From positions 1,728,001 through 1,792,000 of the forward strand of contig CP166615.1 of assembly GCA_041937175.2 (NCBI GenBank): DNA of 64,000 bases. The letters run 5' to 3'. Below are positions 1-6,616 of the stretch, piece after piece (positions within the stretch are counted from its first letter, which is position 1; each line of letters begins with the position of its first letter). The notes under the pieces are model-generated. The model had not been told where the DNA came from. It made no database searches and saw only the letters and a program-made list of their open reading frames with translations. Position numbers and translations under genes: made by a program. The DNA comes from Limnothrix sp. BL-A-16. Lineage in GTDB: Bacteria; Cyanobacteriota; Cyanobacteriia; CACIAM-69d.

Positions 1-3
1 CCC

Positions 4-2298
4 CTAGCGAGCCGCCGCCCCCAACAGCCGGGGCCGATCGCGCCGTCGCACCCGTTGCCACTGTTCCCGCAAAGCCGCCACATCCGCCGGCCGATCGCCA
101 TAGCGCCAATCGCTGTAGGCCCCGGCCACCGCCGCCAACAGAGCCAGGCGATCGCCCGCGCCGGGGCCGCCCCCCTGCTGGGCGAGCCACTGTTCATAGG
201 CGGCCACATATTCCAACGGTGTTTGCCAAGGATAGGCAGGGCAGTCTTCCGCTAGCCAATCGCGCACCTCCTGATACAACGCGGCGATCGGGGCTAACCG
301 AGCCAATCGCCGTCGCCGTTGCCAATTGTGCCAACCCAACCACCCCAACCACAGGGCCCCGCCCACCACCAAGGCCAGGGCGATCGCCGCCAAAATGCCC
401 GTCCAGCCCCCCGTTAACAAACCCAGCAACCGACCCACCAGCGCCAGCAGCCCCCCCAACACCCCTGAAATCACCCCATCCAGCCAATTGCGCAGGGGCG
501 TGGGCAACCAACCGGCCACCCAAGCCCAGAGTTTTTCCAGGGTGCTGAAGGTTTCATTTTTCTCGATCGAGGGCGGAATCAAGGGATGGCCAGGAATCGG
601 GTCAAAGCTATACCAGCCATACCCGGGAAAATAAACCTCCGTGATCAAATGGGCATCGGTGTTGTAAACCTCGTATAGGCCGGTGAAAGGATTGAACCGA
701 CCCGGCGCAAACCCGGCCGCCACCCGTGCCGGAATCCCCAAACTCCGCAACATCAGGGTGAGGGTAGTGGGGAAATGGTCGGGATAGCCCCCTTGATACT
801 GAAACAAAAAGCGATCGACCAAATCTTCACCCGCAGCCGGTGGCGGCAAGTCCGGTTGCACGGTGTAGGTTTGCTTCAGGGCTTGGGCTAAGAACAGCGC
901 CTGCTCATACGCGTCATTGCGGGCATTGGGAGCCTTCGCGAGTAATTCTTGGGCCCGTTGTTGCAACTTGGGCCGCAGGGCCGCGGGCACATCGAGGTAA
1001 TAGTTCCGAATGAAGGGGGGATAGGTGCGGCGGGCCTGGCGCAGTCGGGTGCGATCGCGGTAGGCCACTTGGGAGATGACCGAGTAGGTTAACCCCTCAT
1101 CCAAAATGCGGGGCGATCGAATGCTGCCTTCCTTGTCGATCGCAATCCCTCGAGTCGGAAAAAACAGCTCCGTCGGTTGGGCCAGGGTGGGAATCAGGTT
1201 CGGCAGGGCCGAAAGCACCGTGTAGCTTTGCACCACCTCTTCAATTTGGGCCCGAGTTGGCTCCGGCGGAATCACAAAGCGATAGGACCAATCGGGCCGC
1301 ACCAGGCTTTGGGTATCGTCATTGCGGGAAATTTCCCACCCGCGGCCGGTGTAGCGATCGAACCCCAACACCCGCCAAAAGCCCGGCGACTGCGATCGCA
1401 CCCGCATCACCAAGGTGGGAACCAGTTGCCCCTGAAGGGTTTGATCGATCGTGCTGCTAAAGCCGTAATAGAACGTGTTGTCCGTTTGGCCGCGGCCTGC
1501 GCCGCTGGTTCCCCCGAGGGCTTGGCCATCTTGCCCATAACCGGGATTGCGAATCGATGCAGACTGATCCCGATTATCAAACATCTGATCCATCAAATTG
1601 GGCGGGGCCGTCACCGGGAACTGGCGCAGTTGGTAGCCCGGAAAACGCGGCAGCAGAGCAAAGACCACCAGCCCCAAAACCGCCACCACCCCAAACAACC
1701 GCGCCATCTGACCGGGCCGAATTAGCCCCGTGAGGGTGCGCCAATCCCGATCGCCCGGTTCCAACCCTAGGCGCGATCGATAGTCCAACACCAACATCGG
1801 CAGCGCCACCCCCACAAAGGCCACCAACACGGGCGCAAACAACATGGTTTGGCTGAGGGTTCCGGCCACCCCCATCAGAATCAGCCCGATCAGCATCGAG
1901 TAGCCCAAATCCTTGCGCCGGGGCAAGTCGAAGCAATGGAGCACTTGCAAATGGATCAGCAGTTCCGCCAAAACCAGGCGCGTATCGCCCAAATTGCCCA
2001 GGAGCGATCGAAAGAAAACGGCCAAGGCCACCAGCATTCCCGCCGCGATCGCCAGTTGCGCCCCCAGGTTGCGCCGCCGCCGTTGTCGCCAACTCCAGTA
2101 GGCCCCGCCAAAGCTGAGGGGAATGGCCCACCAACTGGTTTGGGTGCCAGCGGCCACATCGGTGGCCAAAATCCCGATCGCCACCAAAATTTGCACCAAA
2201 ATTCGCAGGGCGATCGACTCTTCCGGTTGCGGCCGGGGTTGATTTTGCCAAGTTTGCAGCCGTTGCCACCAAGCCTTCCTTGCCGCTTCCGAAACCAT
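4..2298 (-). CDS. Membrane transglutaminase-like protein (TgpA/DUF3488 N-terminus, transglutaminase-like core, DUF4129-like tail)
   Basis: 764-aa ORF: multi-TM N-terminus, then GGYPDHF...RSLGIPAR...GF...DAH..TEVYFPGYGW..FDP motifs. The usual catalytic Cys position (G.C..F) reads Pro (GYPDHF). Confidence 0.85.
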   Translation of the reverse strand: MVSEAARKAWWQRLQTWQNQPRPQPEESIALRILVQILVAIGILATDVAAGTQTSWWAIPLSFGGAYWSWRQRRRRNLGAQLAIAAGMLVALAVFFRSLLGNLGDTRLVLAELLIHLQVLHCFDLPRRKDLGYSMLIGLILMGVAGTLSQTMLFAPVLVAFVGVALPMLVLDYRSRLGLEPGDRDWRTLTGLIRPGQMARLFGVVAVLGLVVFALLPRFPGYQLRQFPVTAPPNLMDQMFDNRDQSASIRNPGYGQDGQALGGTSGAGRGQTDNTFYYGFSSTIDQTLQGQLVPTLVMRVRSQSPGFWRVLGFDRYTGRGWEISRNDDTQSLVRPDWSYRFVIPPEPTRAQIEEVVQSYTVLSALPNLIPTLAQPTELFFPTRGIAIDKEGSIRSPRILDEGLTYSVISQVAYRDRTRLRQARRTYPPFIRNYYLDVPAALRPKLQQRAQELLAKAPNARNDAYEQALFLAQALKQTYTVQPDLPPPAAGEDLVDRFLFQYQGGYPDHFPTTLTLMLRSLGIPARVAAGFAPGRFNPFTGLYEVYNTDAHLITEVYFPGYGWYSFDPIPGHPLIPPSIEKNETFSTLEKLWAWVAGWLPTPLRNWLDGVISGVLGGLLALVGRLLGLLTGGWTGILAAIALALVVGGALWLGWLGWHNWQRRRRLARLAPIAALYQEVRDWLAEDCPAYPWQTPLEYVAAYEQWLAQQGGGPGAGDRLALLAAVAGAYSDWRYGDRPADVAALREQWQRVRRRDRPRLLGAAAR

Positions 2299-2475
2299 GC
2301 CTGTTCCCCGGTCTTGCTTCAGCTATTCCCAGGATAATAGGTTGGCCAAAGATCCCCAGATCCTCAACCGGTCGATGCTCAAGATCTTCAACCAAAGGGT
2401 TTCGATCGGTCGGGTTTCAATCGGCAATCACAGGCACAATCACGATCGCGATCATGACCACGATCGCAACCCCCA

Positions 2476-3828
2476 TCAAAGGGCAATTTCAGGGGTTGGC
2501 TCGCGCGATCGCAACTCCGACGGCCCCGAGTCGGTTCCAGGGGGCACAGGGGCCGGCGTTTCTTCCGAGGCCGAGTTGGCTTCCGGATTAGGCCAGGGAC
2601 TCGATCGCCGCCGCACATAGAGATAGGCCGTCATTCGGCCGCGTCCCTTCACCGGTAAATTAGACCAACGCTCAAACTCGTAATGATCCTTCAGGTAGGC
2701 ATAGGTTGCCTCGGTCACCTGAATTTTGCCGGGAATCCCCTGGGACTCCATTCGGCTAGCCACATTTACCGTGTCGCCCCAAAGGTCATAGCTAAATTTT
2801 TTGATGCCAATCACGCCGGCCACCACCGCCCCCGTGTTGATGCCAATTCGCAAGGCCAGGGGCAGCCCCGTTTCTCGCCGCAGTTGATTAATTTCCCGAC
2901 GCATGGCGATCGCCATTTCCATGATGGTGAGGGCATGGTCAGGCCGCGGCACGGGAATGCCGCCGGCCACCATGTAGGCATCCCCGATCGTTTTAATTTT
3001 TTCGAGGCCAAATTCTTCAGCTAATCGATCGAACGCCGAAAAAATTCGATTCAACAATTGCACCAACTCCAAAGGCGGCAACTGCACCGAAAGGGGCGTG
3101 AAATCCACAATATCGGCAAATAAAATCGTGGCTTCTTCAAACCGATCGGCGAGGATTTCGTTTTCCATCGCCAGCCCATCCCCCCTTGCCAGGCGATCGA
3201 CAATGGCTTGGGGCAACACATTCAACAGCAACTTTTGCGTGCGGCTTTGCTCCTCGCGCAGGGCCGATTCCATTTGCCGCCGCTCCCGCACTTCCCGATC
3301 GAGCAAAAAGAGCTGATCTTGCAATAACTCCGCCTGTCGTCGCAAACGCTTTTGCAAACTGGCGGCCAACAGGGCGGGCCCCCGAAACAACGTGAGATTG
3401 CGGGCCCGCTCATGGAGTCGATCGAGCCGACTACGATCCAAATGCAACCGAATGCGCGCCAAAGCCTCCGCCGGTTCCAAGGGCAACAGCAAATAGTCCG
3501 CCGCCCCCGCCGCAAACAACGCGCCCCGATCGAGTTGCCCCGCCGCCCCCACGAGCACGATCGGGGTGTTTTGGTAAGGGGCCGCCGATCGCAACTGATG
3601 GCACAGCTCCAAGGCCGCCAACTCCGGCCAAGACCCCACCAACACCAAAAGCGGCTGGAGCCGAGCGGCCGCCGCCATCAACTCATCCAAACTCGCGGGG
3701 CAATGGGCTTCGCACCCTAACTCCACCACCACCTGGGCCAAGGCCTGAGCCAACTCCCGATCGGCAATGCCAATCAGAATTGGGCTACCGGAGGCAACCA
3801 CAGCCGAGCTTGTCGTTGGAGCATTCAC
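2476..3828 (-). CDS. Adenylate/guanylate cyclase with N-terminal receiver-like domain
   Basis: Class III cyclase motifs LFADIVDFT, KIKTIGDAYM, YDLWGDTVNVASRMES; REC-like N-terminus (GAADYL). Start uncertain; GTG at 3828 chosen, ORF is open to 3927. Confidence 0.88.
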   Translation of the reverse strand: MNAPTTSSAVVASGSPILIGIADRELAQALAQVVVELGCEAHCPASLDELMAAAARLQPLLVLVGSWPELAALELCHQLRSAAPYQNTPIVLVGAAGQLDRGALFAAGAADYLLLPLEPAEALARIRLHLDRSRLDRLHERARNLTLFRGPALLAASLQKRLRRQAELLQDQLFLLDREVRERRQMESALREEQSRTQKLLLNVLPQAIVDRLARGDGLAMENEILADRFEEATILFADIVDFTPLSVQLPPLELVQLLNRIFSAFDRLAEEFGLEKIKTIGDAYMVAGGIPVPRPDHALTIMEMAIAMRREINQLRRETGLPLALRIGINTGAVVAGVIGIKKFSYDLWGDTVNVASRMESQGIPGKIQVTEATYAYLKDHYEFERWSNLPVKGRGRMTAYLYVRRRSSPWPNPEANSASEETPAPVPPGTDSGPSELRSREPTPEIAL

Positions 3829-4286
3829 AATAATCGCAGCGCCATGCGGCCGAAAACGATGCAGCCTGTCGTAACCATCAGTTACTAGGTAGGGGCTACA
3901 ACTCCGCACAGACCAAATCCGCCTCAAACCAGAGATTCAGAGGAAATTGCCCCCAAAATCCCGGTATTTCGTGGTCAAAATTCGGTAAATGATGACAACC
4001 GACCGCCACAGCGGCGATCGCCCCCCCAAAAGACAGACTGCGTGACAATACGCCGATTAAAGATGCACCAACGGTTTAGCTCCCTGAGGCCGCACTGTGG
4101 CATCAAGCAACCTTCAGCTCAGGGCTTTGAGCCAAAAGTATCTTGAGCCTTGAGCCAGCAACAAAGCTGCTGCGATCGTATCAAAATTCCCCCGAATCCA
4201 GGTTTCCTAGGCCCCACAAACCCCGGCCGGGCGATCGCAGGCTCCGTTGGCATAATGAGACCAACCGCGATCGTGAGGACTAACCG

Positions 4287-4994
4287 ATGATTGCCCAACC
4301 CACCCCCACTACGATCACGCCAGGGATTCAGCCCCCACCGATCGACTATCCCGACAGCGATGGCCAGCCCATGGCAGATAACACCAAGCAATTTCAATGG
4401 ATTCAGACCATTCAAAGCAATCTCGCCGCCATCTTTACCAACGATCCGCAAGTTTTTGTGGCGGGCGATCTGCTCTGGTATCCGGTGGAAGGGGACAACA
4501 AAACCCGCCAAGCGCCCGATGTGATGGTGGTGTTTGGGGTTTCCAAGGGCGATCGGGGTTCCTACAAGCAATGGTGTGAAAACAACATCGCGCCCCAAGT
4601 GGTATTTGAGATTTTGTCGCCGGGCAATCGCTTTGGGGAAATGCTGAAAAAGCAGGCGTTTTATGACACCTACGGCGTTGAGGAATATTACATCTACGAT
4701 CCGGATCGCCATGATTTGAGCATTTTGGGGCGATCGGAACGAGGCGATTTGCAGCTCCGGGGCGATCGCGCAGACGATTGGGTGAGTCCCCGGCTCGGGA
4801 TTCGGTTCCAAATGGGCGAAGACACCCTCACCCTGTTTCGGCCGGACGGTCAGCCCTTTTCCACCCTGGCGGAAGAAATCCAACGCACCGAACAAGAACG
4901 CCAACGAGCTGAGGAAGCAAACCAACGGGCCGATCGCCTGGCGGCCAAGCTACGGGAGTTGGGCATCGATCCCGAGGCGATCGAGTCGGATTGA
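4287..4994 (+). CDS. Uma2 family (DUF820) endonuclease-fold protein
   Basis: YPDSDGQPMADNTKQF, APDVMVVFG, VVFEILSPGN, YGVEEYYIYDP and a C-terminal coiled tail typical of cyanobacterial Uma2 proteins. Confidence 0.92.
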   Translation: MIAQPTPTTITPGIQPPPIDYPDSDGQPMADNTKQFQWIQTIQSNLAAIFTNDPQVFVAGDLLWYPVEGDNKTRQAPDVMVVFGVSKGDRGSYKQWCENNIAPQVVFEILSPGNRFGEMLKKQAFYDTYGVEEYYIYDPDRHDLSILGRSERGDLQLRGDRADDWVSPRLGIRFQMGEDTLTLFRPDGQPFSTLAEEIQRTEQERQRAEEANQRADRLAAKLRELGIDPEAIESD

Positions 4995-5008
4995 TTGGGT
5001 TATGGCGA

Positions 5009-5341
5009 TTATCCAGCGGCGAAATCAGTCAGGCGGCGGCGATAGGGCGATTGAAAACCCAACACGATATCGGTTTTGGGAACACCGAGGGCGAGTAATT
5101 CGGTGGCGATACCCAGTTCGGTGCCATCGCGTTCAATCCAGATTTTGCCGTCCTGCAACGTGACGTAGATGATGCAGCCAAATACTCGCTTGGAACCATC
5201 CCAGCCGATGTGCAGCAGTTGGTAGCGATCGCGCTCGGTGTCAAAAATTAGTTGTAGGTCGGTTTCACCCCGGCTCAATCCTTTGGTGGTGTGCCGTTTC
5301 AGCACATCTTGAACCAGTTGGCTGTAGTTCATTCCTTCCAT
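5009..5341 (-). CDS. xisI: XisI family protein (no xisH partner adjacent)
   Basis: IFDTERDRYQLLHIGW...KIWIERDGTELGIATELLALGVPKTDIVLGF matches the XisI signature; start at Met 5341 or 5332. Confidence 0.88.
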   Translation of the reverse strand: MEGMNYSQLVQDVLKRHTTKGLSRGETDLQLIFDTERDRYQLLHIGWDGSKRVFGCIIYVTLQDGKIWIERDGTELGIATELLALGVPKTDIVLGFQSPYRRRLTDFAAG

Positions 5342-5361
5342 AGCAAGTTGGGCTGATTGGG

Positions 5362-5616
5362 TTACGGCGGGTCGGGGGTGATCCAATCCGTGAGCGATCG
5401 CCCCAGGTAGGCTTCCAAAAAGGCGCGGGCGGCAGCGGGTTCGATCGCCTCTAGGGCTGCCACGATCGCTGGAATTGCATCTGCCTGGGGATCTTGGGTT
5501 TCGTTGAACCAATAATGCACGGTCGATCGGGCAATGCCCATGGTGACGGCGAGCCGGTTTTGGCTGATGCCGTAGTCTTGCAACGTTTGTTTGAGTGCTT
5601 TTCCTGCTCGCGCCAT
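5362..5616 (-). CDS. XRE-family helix-turn-helix protein (84 aa)
   Basis: MARAGKALKQTLQDYGISQNRLAVTMGIARSTVHYW; ATG at 5616 within the longer 5362..5913 ORF. Confidence 0.85.
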   Translation of the reverse strand: MARAGKALKQTLQDYGISQNRLAVTMGIARSTVHYWFNETQDPQADAIPAIVAALEAIEPAAARAFLEAYLGRSLTDWITPDPP

Positions 5617-5629
5617 ATCCCTAATGATC

Positions 5630-5935
5630 TCAAAGGGGGGCTGATCGCCGTTGGGCGAGCCATTGATCGAACGATCGGGCGCTTTCGCCGCTGCGTTTGC
5701 CGGCCAGCAGTCCGGTGATGCCGATATGTTCGTCGAGGTCGGGCCATTCGATCGCGTAGCCGTCGCCGAGCAATTGCCAATTTTGGCGTTCGGCGGGGGT
5801 GGCTTGTTGCAGGCGGGGATACCAGTCGAGGGGAATGGTGAGTTGGCGACCGTCGGCGAGGTGAATGGTGAAGGTGCGATCGTCAAAATCGATTTGCTGG
5901 GCTTGGGGTTCAATCTCCAAGATCAAAGTAGTCAT
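5630..5935 (-). CDS. DUF2442 family protein (putative antitoxin)
   Basis: LADGRQLTIPLDWYPRLQQATPAERQNWQLLGDGYAIEWPDLDEHI; overlaps the end of the upstream DUF4160 gene. Confidence 0.85.
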   Translation of the reverse strand: MTTLILEIEPQAQQIDFDDRTFTIHLADGRQLTIPLDWYPRLQQATPAERQNWQLLGDGYAIEWPDLDEHIGITGLLAGKRSGESARSFDQWLAQRRSAPL

Positions 5936-6152
5936 GCCAGGCCTCAATCAGCTCGGGTTGGTGTTCTTGAACGAGTTTGAGAATGCGACTGATCTCGTGG
6001 TCAGCAAAGCCGAGGTTTTTGCTGGTTTCCACTGGATCGAGCCAAATCTTAATGAGTTGCCGATCGCGTTTGACGTGAATGTGGGGTGGTTCTCCTCGAT
6101 CGGAGCTGAAGAAGATGAAACTGTAGGGGCCGACTTGCAGAACGGTTGGCAT
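5910..6152 (-). CDS. DUF4160 family protein (putative toxin)
   Basis: MPTVLQVGPYSFIFFSSDRGEPPHIHVKR...LIEAWHDYF. Confidence 0.88.
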   Translation of the reverse strand: MPTVLQVGPYSFIFFSSDRGEPPHIHVKRDRQLIKIWLDPVETSKNLGFADHEISRILKLVQEHQPELIEAWHDYFDLGD

Positions 6153-6260
6153 TTTTAATCAATTGTCTAACGACTCAAGGGCGATCAGGTAAGGCGCTAT
6201 GGGAGGACGGTCGAATGGTTGCAAAACGGTTGATTGGTTCTCCCACGCACCACCGATCGC

Positions 6261-6575
6261 TCAGAGTTTGGGAATGCTGAAGGCTGAATCCTCAAGGGTG
6301 GATGTGAGGTCAAGGGTGTGGGATGTCGCGGGGCAGGGTGTTCCATTGCGCCAAAGTTCGTATTCACTCAGGTCGATATCTTCATTCCAAACCAGCGCAT
6401 GACCGCCTATTTCAATGTGGAAGCTTTTAAAGAAGGCTGGATTTTTGAGGAGTTGAAACGGGGTTTTGGCTAATAGGGGTGTGATGTCATATTGTTTGAT
6501 CTCGTGATTGGAAAATTGAATAATTAATGTGTGGCTATTGAGAGCTTTGGCGGCGATGATTTTTAGAATAGTCAT
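6261..6575 (-). CDS. Second DUF2442-like protein
   Basis: LIIQFSNHEIKQYDITPLL...FQLLKNPAFF...LVWNEDIDLSEYELW; ATG at 6575. Confidence 0.78.
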   Translation of the reverse strand: MTILKIIAAKALNSHTLIIQFSNHEIKQYDITPLLAKTPFQLLKNPAFFKSFHIEIGGHALVWNEDIDLSEYELWRNGTPCPATSHTLDLTSTLEDSAFSIPKL

Positions 6576-6609
6576 GATCAATGCCGTAAAAACGGTTAAT
6601 TTCGGGCAT
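6535..6609 (-). pseudogene. Truncated DUF4160 remnant (MPEINRFYGI...)
   Basis: ATG 7 nt after the TPR stop gives MPEINRFYGI, the typical DUF4160 N-terminus; it then runs out of frame into the DUF2442 gene and stops after 24 codons. Confidence 0.6.
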
Positions 6610-6616
6610 GGATGAG

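Noticed and set aside
5009..5341. xisI as evidence of an fdxN-type excision element
   Set aside because: No xisH, no recombinase and no interrupted nif/fdx gene in the window
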